Assembly (NCBI GenBank): GCA_005882335.1 | Contig: VBAP01000060.1 | Coordinates: 850-64,849 of the forward strand | Length of the DNA: 64,000 bases | Reading direction: 5' to 3' | DNA from: Candidatus Segetimicrobium genomatis | Lineage (GTDB): Bacteria; Sysuimicrobiota; Sysuimicrobiia; Sysuimicrobiales; Kaftiobacteriaceae | Shown: positions 44,186 through 53,734 of the stretch, piece after piece | How positions within the stretch are numbered: position 1 is the stretch's first letter | How the letters are laid out: each line of letters begins with the position of its first letter | The notes under the pieces: model-generated | The model's input: only the letters and a program-made list of their open reading frames with translations | The model's database searches: none | What the model was told of the DNA's origin: nothing | Made by a program: the position numbers and the translations under genes

Positions 44186-45672
44186 GAGAACGGCTGGCCC
44201 GCTCAGTGTTCTGGCTGGTCTGGTCCCGCGGTCTTGTGCAGGGGGTGTCCCTCCTATCTACGCTGCTGGTCGCCCGAATGCTCAGCCCCACCGACTATGG
44301 GTTGATGGCGCTGGCGACCATCTGGACCAGCACGCTGGCGCTTGTGGCCGAACTCGGGCTGGGCGCCGCGATCATTCAGTTTCCCGATCTGGAAGCGATG
44401 GAGTTGAACTTTTGTTTCTGGCTGTCCATGGCCCTGGCCGGCGCGGGTTATCTGTCCCTCGCTGCCGCCTCGCCCTCCATCGCGGCGTGGTTTGCGACTC
44501 CCCGGCTGTCCGAGGTGCTGCGGGTCGGGGGGCTCACCCTCCCCCTGGTCGCCCTACGGCTCGTGCCGGAGGGTCTCCTGCGCAAGCGGATGCAGATCGA
44601 CAAGATCTCCCAGGCCGAGGTGGTCGCCGTCCTGCTCACACTCCCCGTTGTCCTGGGCATGGCCTGGCACGGGGCAGGGGTGTGGGCGCTTGTGGTGGGA
44701 GCCCTGGTCTTGCCACTCGTGCAGTTGCTGGCCGTCTTCAGGTTCGTGCGGTGGTGGCCGGGCGTGCAGATGGGGAGCCGGCGGCTCGGCGCGCTCATCC
44801 GGTATGGGTTCGGATCCCTGGGCGCCCGGGCCTCATGGGCCGTGTATGAGCAAGTGGACAACTTTGTGCTGGGGAGGGTGGCCGGAGGCGTGGTCCTCGG
44901 TTTCTACACCATGGCGAAAACACTGGCGATTCTTCCGGTCGTCAACATCACGGTCGTCGTGAATCAGGTGGCCATGCCCGTGATGGCAGGCCTGCAGGCC
45001 GATCGCAGCGCACTGCGCGCGTCGTTCTTGCGCGGCCTCCGTCTCGTGGCGTGTTTCACGATTCCGGGATGCATCGGGGCCGCCCTCATCGCCGACGATC
45101 TGGTCCTGATCGCGCTGGGCGCCAAGTGGCAGCCTATGGTGCCGCTGCTGCGTGTGCTCGCACTCTTCGGTCTGATCCGTTCGCTCGACGCGCTGCTCCC
45201 TCCGATTCTCTTCGCGCGCTACCGCCCCGCGTTTCTTTTCTGGTGGACAGGCGCGCTGCTCCTGATCATGCCGTTCGCGTACTGGATCGGAGCGGTGCAG
45301 CGTGGGGCGCTGGGGGTCGCCCTGGCCCTGGTCGTCGTATACCCGATCATCATGGTCTGGATGGCGCACGAAGCGTTCAAGGAGTTGGCACTAGACTGGA
45401 AGACTGTCGCGCACCAGTTGTGGCCGATCATGGGCGCCACACTGGTCATGGCCGCGGTGGTCTCGGCGCTGCATGGGGCCGTACCGGCGTCGGACTCTCT
45501 GGCACGACTCGGCCGGCTTGTCCTCACGGTGGTTTCCGGCGCCCTGGTCTACGCCGTGGCCATCTTGCGGTGGAATGGATCCCCCGCCCGTGAGGTCGCA
45601 GACGTCATCGGGTGGCTGTTTCCCCGGAGGCCGTCCCTCCGGTCACTGCCGCATCGATCGGTGGAGGCCTAA
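44182..45672 (+). CDS. wzx: Wzx flippase (WzxC-like)
   Basis: ARMLSPTDYGL, ELGLGAAIIQ and many TM helices typical of polysaccharide flippases. Confidence 0.88.
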   Translation: MRERLARSVFWLVWSRGLVQGVSLLSTLLVARMLSPTDYGLMALATIWTSTLALVAELGLGAAIIQFPDLEAMELNFCFWLSMALAGAGYLSLAAASPSIAAWFATPRLSEVLRVGGLTLPLVALRLVPEGLLRKRMQIDKISQAEVVAVLLTLPVVLGMAWHGAGVWALVVGALVLPLVQLLAVFRFVRWWPGVQMGSRRLGALIRYGFGSLGARASWAVYEQVDNFVLGRVAGGVVLGFYTMAKTLAILPVVNITVVVNQVAMPVMAGLQADRSALRASFLRGLRLVACFTIPGCIGAALIADDLVLIALGAKWQPMVPLLRVLALFGLIRSLDALLPPILFARYRPAFLFWWTGALLLIMPFAYWIGAVQRGALGVALALVVVYPIIMVWMAHEAFKELALDWKTVAHQLWPIMGATLVMAAVVSALHGAVPASDSLARLGRLVLTVVSGALVYAVAILRWNGSPAREVADVIGWLFPRRPSLRSLPHRSVEA

Positions 45673-45679
45673 GCCTGGG

Positions 45680-46846
45680 ATGACTCCGCAGGGTGCGGTG
45701 CTGGTGTTCTGGTCCAGCGTGGCCTTGATCGCCTACGGGTATCTGGGCTACCCCGTGCTGGTCTACCTCCTGGGGCGGCTGCGCGGGCGCCCCCATCTCC
45801 GGGAGGAGATCACGCCGAGGATAAGCCTGCTGGTGCCCGCGTACAACGAGGGCGCGGTGGTCCGGGCGAAGATCCACAACTGCACTCAGCTCGACTATCC
45901 TCGGGAGCAGCTCGAAGTGTTCATGGCCTCGGACGGATCCACCGATGGGACCTCCGAACTGATTGCCGAGGCTGGGAACGCCGGCCTGCTTCGGGGGGTA
46001 GTGTACCAGCAACGGCGGGGCAAGGCGGCCGTCCTCAACGATCTGGTGGCGATGGCCTCCGGAGAGATTCTGGTGTTCTCGGACGCATCGACCATGCTCG
46101 ATCGCGGGAGCCTGCGGGCCCTCGCCAGCAACTTCGCCGATACCCGCGTGGGATGTGTGAGCGGGATCTATCGAGTCGTCCCAGGTGATCGACAGGGCAG
46201 CGGCGGCGCGGAGGCGGTCTACTGGCGCTATGAGACGTTCATCCGCCATGCTGAGGCGCGGCTCGGCTCAATGCTGGGGGCTCACGGAGCGCTGTATGCC
46301 ATCCGGCGGGAGTTGTTCGAGCCTCTCGAAGCGGGCACCAGGAACGAGGACTTCATCCTGCCGGTGATCATCCTGATGAAGGGCTACCGGTCGGTGTACG
46401 ACATCCGGGCGGTGGCGACCGAGGATGCGGGGGAGATGACCGGCTTTTCGCGGCGCGTCTCTCTTGCGGCAGGAAACTACCAGCAGATGGCGCTGTTGTG
46501 GAAACGGGGAGGCTGGCTGCGGAAACCCTTCCTGGTCTTTCAGTTGTGGTCCCATAAGGGGCTCCGCCTGGTGACGCCCTTGCTGCTCCTGGGCATGTAC
46601 CTGAGCAATCTGTGGCTGGTTTCCTCTGCGGGGTACAGGGCCGTCTTCGCCGCGCAGACCGTGTTCTTTACCGCGGCGCTGCTGGGGGCGCTCCCTCGCC
46701 TGCGGCGCTGGGGCCGCGCATTGGTGGCCGCGCCCTACTACTTTTGCATGGCGCACGCAGCCGGAGTCGTGGCCCTGCACCGCATGATGTGGGGAAAAAC
46801 CTTCGCGGGCCAGCGCGCTCCATCTCTGCTGTCCCACCGCAAATGA
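45680..46846 (+). CDS. GT2 family glycosyltransferase
   Basis: Start ATG 45680; PAYNE, SDGSTDGT, GKAAVLN, FSDA, GALYAIRR, ED. Confidence 0.88.
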   Translation: MTPQGAVLVFWSSVALIAYGYLGYPVLVYLLGRLRGRPHLREEITPRISLLVPAYNEGAVVRAKIHNCTQLDYPREQLEVFMASDGSTDGTSELIAEAGNAGLLRGVVYQQRRGKAAVLNDLVAMASGEILVFSDASTMLDRGSLRALASNFADTRVGCVSGIYRVVPGDRQGSGGAEAVYWRYETFIRHAEARLGSMLGAHGALYAIRRELFEPLEAGTRNEDFILPVIILMKGYRSVYDIRAVATEDAGEMTGFSRRVSLAAGNYQQMALLWKRGGWLRKPFLVFQLWSHKGLRLVTPLLLLGMYLSNLWLVSSAGYRAVFAAQTVFFTAALLGALPRLRRWGRALVAAPYYFCMAHAAGVVALHRMMWGKTFAGQRAPSLLSHRK

Positions 46847-47946
46847 CATCCCAGAGGGGGTCGAGACCGCTGATGCCACAACCGGAGTGGGGAGCGGCGC
46901 CGCCGACCGCGCTGATCACGGGCGGGGCAGGATTCATCGGGTCTCATCTTGCCGAAGCGCTGCTCGACTCGGGAGCTGACGTCTACGCCATCGATGACCT
47001 CTCCACCGGGAGCATCGAAAACATCGAGCATTTGAAAGCCCGCGAGCGATTCCACTACATGGTCGATTCGATCATGCACGTCCCGGTGCTGGCCGAGCTC
47101 GTGGATCGATGCGACACCGTGTTCCACCTGGCCGCGGCCGTGGGGGTGCGCTTGATCGTGGAGAGCCCGGTACGCACCATCCAGACGAACATCCGAGGCA
47201 CGGAAGTGCTCTTGGAGCTGGCGGACAAAAAGAAGAAAAAGGTCGTGATCGCGTCGACCTCGGAGGTGTATGGGAAGACCGTCCGGGTGCCCTTCAAAGA
47301 GGATGACGATCTCGTCCTGGGGCCGACGGTCAAGGGGCGTTGGTCCTATGCCTGCTCCAAGGCGATCGACGAATTTCTGGCCCTCGCCTACTGGAAGGAG
47401 CGACATCTGCCGGTCGTCGTGGCCCGATTGTTCAACACGGTGGGCCCCCGCCAGACCGGCCGGTACGGGATGGTGCTGCCGACCTTCGTCACCCAGGCCC
47501 TCAACGGCCAGCCGATCACCGTGTTCGGGGACGGGAGACAGTCCCGCAGCTTCACGTACATCAGCGATGTGGTCTGGGCGCTGATGAAGCTGGCCGAGTG
47601 TGCCGGCGCGGTGGGGGAGGTGTTCAACGTGGGGCAGGACGTGGAGACCACTGTCGAGGACCTGGCCAGACAGGTGAAGGCAGCCACCGGCAGCTCCTCC
47701 GAGATCGTGCACATCCCGTATGACCAAGCCTATGAAGAGGGCTTCGAAGACATGCCCCGCCGTGTGCCCGACATTGCAAAGTTGAAGCGATACATCGGGT
47801 ATGAGCCGAAGGTGCAGCTGCCCGAAATGATCGACCGCGTGGTGGCCTACGAGAGGCGACGGCGCTCGCCGCGGCGGGATGGCGCATCGCTCCCCCAGAC
47901 CCGGAGCGATCCCTCGATGACGCTAAGTCGGATCAGCGGCAGGTAG
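46843..47946 (+). CDS. NAD-dependent epimerase/dehydratase (SDR)
   Basis: ATGA overlap at 46843; TGGAGFIG, HLAAAVGV, STSEVYG, RWSYACSK, RLFNTVGPRQ. Confidence 0.88.
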   Translation: MTSQRGSRPLMPQPEWGAAPPTALITGGAGFIGSHLAEALLDSGADVYAIDDLSTGSIENIEHLKARERFHYMVDSIMHVPVLAELVDRCDTVFHLAAAVGVRLIVESPVRTIQTNIRGTEVLLELADKKKKKVVIASTSEVYGKTVRVPFKEDDDLVLGPTVKGRWSYACSKAIDEFLALAYWKERHLPVVVARLFNTVGPRQTGRYGMVLPTFVTQALNGQPITVFGDGRQSRSFTYISDVVWALMKLAECAGAVGEVFNVGQDVETTVEDLARQVKAATGSSSEIVHIPYDQAYEEGFEDMPRRVPDIAKLKRYIGYEPKVQLPEMIDRVVAYERRRRSPRRDGASLPQTRSDPSMTLSRISGR

Positions 47947-47986
47947 CCTGTCCCGCAGCGGCAGGGCGTGACTGCAACCCACAACC

Positions 47987-49897
47987 ATGTGCGGAATCGC
48001 CGGTATCCTCTGCTATGATCCGAGTCGCTCGCCGGATCGCGACCTCATCGAGGCGATGAATCGGGCCATGCTCCATCGAGGCCCGGACGACGGCGGCATC
48101 TACCTGGACGGCCCTGTCGCGCTCGGCAACCGGCGGCTGAGCATCATCGATCTGGCGGCCGGGCACCAGCCGGTGGACAACGAGGATGGGACCATATGGA
48201 TCACCTACAACGGCGAGACCTATAACTACGCCGACCTGCGGGAGGAACTCCTCGCCAAGGGGCATCGCTTCAAGACCTCCGGCGACACGGAGGTCATCGT
48301 CCATCTGTACGAGGAGATGGGGGAACGGTGCGTGGAGCGTCTGCGGGGCATGTTCGCCTTCGCCCTCTGGGACAAGCGCCGGGCGCGCCTGCTCTTGGCC
48401 CGCGATCGCCTCGGCATCAAGCCTCTCTATTACTATCGCGGAGGAGAGTTTTTGGCCTTCGCCTCGGAGATCCGGGCGCTGCTGGCCCTGCCCACCATTC
48501 AGCCGCGGCTGAACCGGCGGGCCCTGCATGACTATCTCAGCTTTCAGTACACCGTGGCTCCCCAGACGATGTTTGAGGGGGTGCAGAAACTCGAACCCGG
48601 CCACCTCCTCGTGGCGAACGGCGCCGAAACGCGGCAGGAGCGATACTGGCGACTCGACTATTCCCGAAAGCTCCCGCTGTCCGAGGAGGCGTGCATCGAG
48701 GAGTTCCACGACCGGTTCGTGGCCGTCACCCGCAGCCACCTCGTCGGGGAAGTCCCCCTCGGCGTGATGCTCAGCGGAGGGCTCGATTCGACCGCGGTCG
48801 CGGCCGTCGTGTCCGAACTGGTGGGCCAGGTGAAGACCTTTTCGGTCGCGTTCGCCGACGACGGCGAGGGCTACGATGAACGCCGCTATGCCCGGCTCGC
48901 GGCGCGACACTTTGCCACCGACCATCACGAGATCGCCATGACCAGGCAGGACTTCGTTCGCGGCCTCCGCGACTACATCTGGTCAATGGAAGAACCCATG
49001 GCCGATCCATCCTCCGTGCCCCTCTACGCCGTCAGCCGGCTGGCCAGCGATCACGTTACCATCGTCCTCTCTGGGGAGGGCAGCGACGAGCTCCTGGGCG
49101 GCTACTCCTCGGCATCGGACTTCCGCGGCGTGGCCCGAGCGCGGTGGTTCCGCAAGATTCCCGCCCCGGTCCGCCGTGGACTCCTGGAGCCGCTGAACGC
49201 CGGACTCCTCCGCTCCTCGCGGATCCGCCGGCATCTCGACCTGGCCGACCGTCCGCTCTCACACTACCTCCAACTGGTGCCCACCTACATGGGAGGCAAC
49301 GTGTTCTCGGAGGAGGGGAAGCGGCAACTCTATGGACCTCGAATGCGCGAAGACGGCTGGCCGCGCTCCGAGGCGGTGGCGGTGGACGCCTATCGTCAGG
49401 CCGCGTCCTTCGAGTTCGTAGACCAGCTGCTCTCCGTGTACACCACGCAGTGGCTCCCGGACGATCTGCTGCTGAAGGCCGACAAGATGACGATGGCACA
49501 CTCGCTGGAACTGCGCGTGCCGTTTCTGGACCACACCTTTGTCGAGTTCGCGGCCAGCCTCCCCGTACGCCTCAAGATCAGGATGAACGGGCGCCGGAAC
49601 CTCATCACCAAGTACGCGCTGCGGCGGGCGTTCCAAGGCAAGATTCCGCGCGAGATCATCGAGCGGCCGAAACGCGGATTTCCCGTTCCACTGCAGCGGC
49701 TGCTTCGAGAGGATCTCAGATCCATGGCCCGGGACCTGCTCGGGTCGCGTCTGGTCCGCGAGAGCGGTCTGTTCGATCCGCAGCAGGTGCAGGCCCTCCT
49801 GCAGCTGTCCGAGGGGGCCGGCATCCGGGAGTATCTGCAGCTCTGGCGGCTGCTGGTCTTTTGCATCTGGCTCGATCTGTTCAAGGTCACCCCCTGA
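47987..49897 (+). CDS. asnB: Asparagine synthase-like glutamine amidotransferase (copy 1)
   Basis: MCGIAG, HRGPD, RLSIID, NGE, LSGGLDS, SGEGSDE, ELRVPFLD. Confidence 0.9.
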   Translation: MCGIAGILCYDPSRSPDRDLIEAMNRAMLHRGPDDGGIYLDGPVALGNRRLSIIDLAAGHQPVDNEDGTIWITYNGETYNYADLREELLAKGHRFKTSGDTEVIVHLYEEMGERCVERLRGMFAFALWDKRRARLLLARDRLGIKPLYYYRGGEFLAFASEIRALLALPTIQPRLNRRALHDYLSFQYTVAPQTMFEGVQKLEPGHLLVANGAETRQERYWRLDYSRKLPLSEEACIEEFHDRFVAVTRSHLVGEVPLGVMLSGGLDSTAVAAVVSELVGQVKTFSVAFADDGEGYDERRYARLAARHFATDHHEIAMTRQDFVRGLRDYIWSMEEPMADPSSVPLYAVSRLASDHVTIVLSGEGSDELLGGYSSASDFRGVARARWFRKIPAPVRRGLLEPLNAGLLRSSRIRRHLDLADRPLSHYLQLVPTYMGGNVFSEEGKRQLYGPRMREDGWPRSEAVAVDAYRQAASFEFVDQLLSVYTTQWLPDDLLLKADKMTMAHSLELRVPFLDHTFVEFAASLPVRLKIRMNGRRNLITKYALRRAFQGKIPREIIERPKRGFPVPLQRLLREDLRSMARDLLGSRLVRESGLFDPQQVQALLQLSEGAGIREYLQLWRLLVFCIWLDLFKVTP

Positions 49898-49899
49898 CC

Positions 49900-51282
49900 G
49901 TGATAGGCCGCGTGCTGGTGATCAGTTATCTCTATCCTCCGTCTGAGGAGATGGGGGCCCAGGCGTGCGCACAGATCGCGCGTTACCTGCCAGACTACGG
50001 ATGGACGCCCATCGTCCTCACCGTGCGTCAGCCCCACCCCGACCGCGGGCGGCAGGCGGAGGGGATCCGCCGGGGGACGGAGATTCGCACCGCGGTGCTG
50101 CCGCACCCGTTCGCGATGTATCGTGCGCTCAGGTCGTGGGGGAGATCGATCCAGGTGGAGCCGGTTGATGAGGGGCTGCCGGACGAGTCCCGGCGACGCA
50201 GCCGGCTGCGCTATTGGGCGCTGTCCCTCCTGGCGGTGCCGGATGCCTTCACGGGGTGGATTCCCGCAGCAGTCCTGGCCGGGTGGCGGGCCATTCGACG
50301 TCACCGGGTCGAACACCTCATCTCCTCCGGACCACCATGGACCAGTCATCTGGTCGGCCTGATGCTGGCGCGCCTCAGCGGTCTGCCCTGGACCGCGCAC
50401 TTTCGTGATCCGTGGGTCATGTCACGCGTGGAGATGGCGAGGTTCAAACCCGTCAGCGCGCAGTCCCGGCGGCTGGAGGCAGCGCTGGAACGCATGGTCG
50501 TGACGAGGGCAGACACCGTGGTGTGCGTGACCGAAGAGCACGCCGCGCTGCTCCGCCGCGTCCATGCGCAGACCGACGCCAGCAAGTTTGTCACGATCCC
50601 AAATGGGTTCGACGGAGTAGAGTGGGAAGAACTGGCAGGCGGGGACCGCAGCGACGCCGCGGAGGGCGGCTCGTTTGTCATCACCTATGCCGGCACGCTG
50701 TATGATCGGCGGACGCCGGCGCCGCTCTTTCGGGCCCTGCGGGCGTTGATCGATGCGGGAGAGGTGGATCGCGAGCGAATCCGCATCGACTTGCTGGGAC
50801 GCTGCGACGTAGCCGACGGCCGCCGCGTGAGTGACCTCGCGGCGGAGTGTGGGCTCTCCGACTGCGTGCGGTTGACCGGACCGCTTCGCAGCAGCGACGC
50901 GTTGCGTCGCATGACACAATCCGATCTCCTGCTCCTGCTGGCCGAGGGATTGACCCTGCAGGTTCCCGGAAAGACCTATGAATATCTGCGGGCGGGCCGT
51001 CCCGTTCTGGCGCTGGCGCCGGAGGGGGCCGTGGCGCGGCTGTTGCGGAGGACGGCCGGGACATGGGTCATTGACCCTGCCGACCAGATAGGCCTTATCA
51101 CCGCGCTGCGCGAGGCCTATCGGCGGTGGGCGGATGGGACGGAGCTTCCGGCGCCGGACCCGGCTGCCGTGGCCGCCTTCGACAGACGGATCCTGGCCGG
51201 CCGGTTCGCTGAAGTGTTTGCAGGAGGAGCGACCGCCGCGCCCAGGCCCGAGAGTCGGCCGCAGGCCGGTGAGGCCAGATGA
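49900..51282 (+). CDS. GT4-like glycosyltransferase
   Basis: GTG start at 49900; VLVISYLYPP, SSGPP, FRDPW, IPNGFD, PGKTYEYL. Confidence 0.85.
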   Translation: MIGRVLVISYLYPPSEEMGAQACAQIARYLPDYGWTPIVLTVRQPHPDRGRQAEGIRRGTEIRTAVLPHPFAMYRALRSWGRSIQVEPVDEGLPDESRRRSRLRYWALSLLAVPDAFTGWIPAAVLAGWRAIRRHRVEHLISSGPPWTSHLVGLMLARLSGLPWTAHFRDPWVMSRVEMARFKPVSAQSRRLEAALERMVVTRADTVVCVTEEHAALLRRVHAQTDASKFVTIPNGFDGVEWEELAGGDRSDAAEGGSFVITYAGTLYDRRTPAPLFRALRALIDAGEVDRERIRIDLLGRCDVADGRRVSDLAAECGLSDCVRLTGPLRSSDALRRMTQSDLLLLLAEGLTLQVPGKTYEYLRAGRPVLALAPEGAVARLLRRTAGTWVIDPADQIGLITALREAYRRWADGTELPAPDPAAVAAFDRRILAGRFAEVFAGGATAAPRPESRPQAGEAR

Positions 51283-52460
51283 TGTGGACGATGGACTCTG
51301 CGAAATCCGCCCACCTCATGCAGGTCGTGTACTCCCTCGTCCTGGGGGGCTCTGAGCGCCTGGCCTGTGACCTCGCCCTGCGGCTCGATCCGCGCCGCAA
51401 TCGCTCCTCGATCTGCGCGCTGGCGCACGGGGGGCCACTGGCCGGGACCCTCCACAACGCCGCGATCCCGTTCCACATCATCGGATGCGGGCCGGGGTTT
51501 CAGTGGCGTGTCGTCCCGAAGTTGTACCGCCTCTTCCGGGACAACAAGGTGGACGTGGTGCAGACGCATCACCTCAAGCAACTGGTCTACAGCGCCATCG
51601 GGGCCCGGCTGGCCGGCGCGGCGCTCGTGCACGTGGAACACGAGCACTTCTCGCTGCGGCCGCCGCGGGCCAGATGGCTGCTGCGTCTCATGGCGCCGCT
51701 CTGCCATCACATCGTGGCGATTGGAGACGATGTCAAGACGTTTCTCGTCAACGGCGTGGGACTTCCCGCCGCCAGGATCACCGTCATTCCCAACGGGGTG
51801 GACGTGGCTCGCTATCAGCCGGAGCCGCGGCGGGCCCGCGATGCCCTGGGACTCCGGCCACACCATCGGCTGATCGGCCATGTGGCGCGGCTGGAACCGG
51901 AAAAGGATCAGGTGAGTCTCTTGCAGGCATTCCGGACGGTGGCGGATGCCCATCCGGATGTTCGGCTCGTGATCGTCGGCGACGGCTCCCAGCGTCGTGA
52001 GCTGGAACGCGCGGCGACGGAGCTTGGGGTGGAAGGGCGCGTGGATTTCCTTGGCGTGCGAGAGGATGTGCCGGACCTGTTGCCGCACTTCGACGTCTTT
52101 GTGCTGTCGTCATCCAGCGAGGGGCTGCCCCTCTCGATCCTCGAGGCGATGGCGTGCGCGCGCCCGGTCGTGGCGACGGCGGTCGGGGAGATCTCCCGCG
52201 TGGTGACCAACGGAGTCACCGGCATGACGGTGCCGCCCGGTAATGCGCCTGCGCTCGCGCACGCCATGAGCATGATGCTCGACCGCCCGGCATGGGCCGC
52301 AGCCATGGGTGCCGCAGCCCGCCGGCTGGTCGAATCGGCCTATAGCCTGACACGGGTTGTCGAACAGTATCAGGCTCTCTATGCGTCGGTGTATGCGGCC
52401 CGCGGTTACGATCTGCCCACGTTGGGCGACTCAGACATCACACCCCCCCGGACCCGCTGA
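51279..52460 (+). CDS. GT4 glycosyltransferase
   Basis: GGSER, IPNGVD, ARLEPEK, SSSEGLPLSILEAMA. Confidence 0.9.
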   Translation: MMWTMDSAKSAHLMQVVYSLVLGGSERLACDLALRLDPRRNRSSICALAHGGPLAGTLHNAAIPFHIIGCGPGFQWRVVPKLYRLFRDNKVDVVQTHHLKQLVYSAIGARLAGAALVHVEHEHFSLRPPRARWLLRLMAPLCHHIVAIGDDVKTFLVNGVGLPAARITVIPNGVDVARYQPEPRRARDALGLRPHHRLIGHVARLEPEKDQVSLLQAFRTVADAHPDVRLVIVGDGSQRRELERAATELGVEGRVDFLGVREDVPDLLPHFDVFVLSSSSEGLPLSILEAMACARPVVATAVGEISRVVTNGVTGMTVPPGNAPALAHAMSMMLDRPAWAAAMGAAARRLVESAYSLTRVVEQYQALYASVYAARGYDLPTLGDSDITPPRTR

Positions 52461-53734
52461 TGGCGTACGCGTTGCTATACATGCTGACCGCGTTTGCGGT
52501 CGGTCGGATCCAGGAGCTCTTCGAGTTTCTGGCGCCTCTCCGGATCGTCTTTCTGATGGGAGTGGCGTGTGTGATCTTGGCGCTCTTGACACCGCGGGGG
52601 AAACGACAACCGGTGCTGGCGCAGCGCGAGGTGCGGATCGTGCTCGGATTGGGCGGCCTCGCTCTCCTGCTGGTCCCCTTCAGCGTCTGGCCGGGTGGGA
52701 GTCTGGGCTTCCTGCTGGATAGCTACAGCAAGGTCATCGTCCTGTTTCTGCTCGTCGTGGCGCTCGCCGCGGATCCTGCGGTGGCCCGCAAGCTCGTCTG
52801 GGCTGTGCTGGTGGGTGTGGGCGTCCTGGGGATCTTCACGCTCGGCGGGGCATCCGTCAAGACGTCCCTGGAGTACACCGTCGCCAGGGCGTACGCCAGC
52901 TCCACATACGATCCCAACGATGTGGCCATGATCATGGTGGTCACATTGCCGCTGGCGGCCCTGGGCGCGGCCTCGCTCAAAGGTGGGGGCCGGCTCGGCG
53001 CGGCAGGCGTCGCGGTGATCTGTGTGCTCACCGTCATCAAAACGGTGTCGCGCGGCGGCTTCATCGGACTGGCCTGTGTCTCACTCCTGCTCATCCGCCG
53101 CTTGCGGTCGGCCGGGGCGCGCCTGCTCGTCAGCACGACTATCGTCGCAGCGCTCACCGTGGTGGCCCCCGCCGCCTACTGGGACATCATGGATTCGATC
53201 TGGAACCCGACGGGCGTGGGATATGTGGAGCGTGGGATCGGACCCCGGCTGGAGATCTGGTCCAGGGGGCTCGGGCTCCTATCCAAGCATCCCTTGACCG
53301 GTGTGGGGATCGGCATGTACGAGACGGCCGCCGGATTTCGATATGGCCGCAACGGCGGATGGGTCACAGCGCACAACTCGTTTCTCCAGCTCGCGGGCGA
53401 GCTGGGCCTGACCGGCTTCGTCCTCTTTGTCATGCTGCTCATGTTTAGCATCGGCAATGTCCGGCAGACCCTTCGGGCGGCGCAGGCCGACCCCGGACTG
53501 CGCGAGCTGGAATGGATCGCGGCGGCGGTAGAGATCTCGCTCTACGCCTACCTGGTGGTCGGGTTCACGCTGTCGCAGGCGTACGCGGCCATCCTCTACT
53601 TCCTGGTCGGTGTGGCCACCGCGTTGCGGGTGCAGGTCGAGCGTCGCCACCCGAGTGCCGTCCCGGTGGAAGAAGCCGCGGGTGGGCAGGCGCAGTGGGT
53701 CGGCCCGACCGCACAGGTGGCCCGCCATGCCTGA
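52460..53734 (+). CDS. Wzy polymerase / O-antigen ligase family membrane protein
   Basis: Many TM helices; DPND, TVSRGG, R..IW, HPLTGVG, AHNSFLQLAGELG. Confidence 0.85.
   Translation: MAYALLYMLTAFAVGRIQELFEFLAPLRIVFLMGVACVILALLTPRGKRQPVLAQREVRIVLGLGGLALLLVPFSVWPGGSLGFLLDSYSKVIVLFLLVVALAADPAVARKLVWAVLVGVGVLGIFTLGGASVKTSLEYTVARAYASSTYDPNDVAMIMVVTLPLAALGAASLKGGGRLGAAGVAVICVLTVIKTVSRGGFIGLACVSLLLIRRLRSAGARLLVSTTIVAALTVVAPAAYWDIMDSIWNPTGVGYVERGIGPRLEIWSRGLGLLSKHPLTGVGIGMYETAAGFRYGRNGGWVTAHNSFLQLAGELGLTGFVLFVMLLMFSIGNVRQTLRAAQADPGLRELEWIAAAVEISLYAYLVVGFTLSQAYAAILYFLVGVATALRVQVERRHPSAVPVEEAAGGQAQWVGPTAQVARHA

Noticed and set aside
49144..49899. 712-aa version of the GT4 ORF
   Set aside because: The first ~250 codons overlap asnB out of frame; GT motifs begin after GTG 49900.
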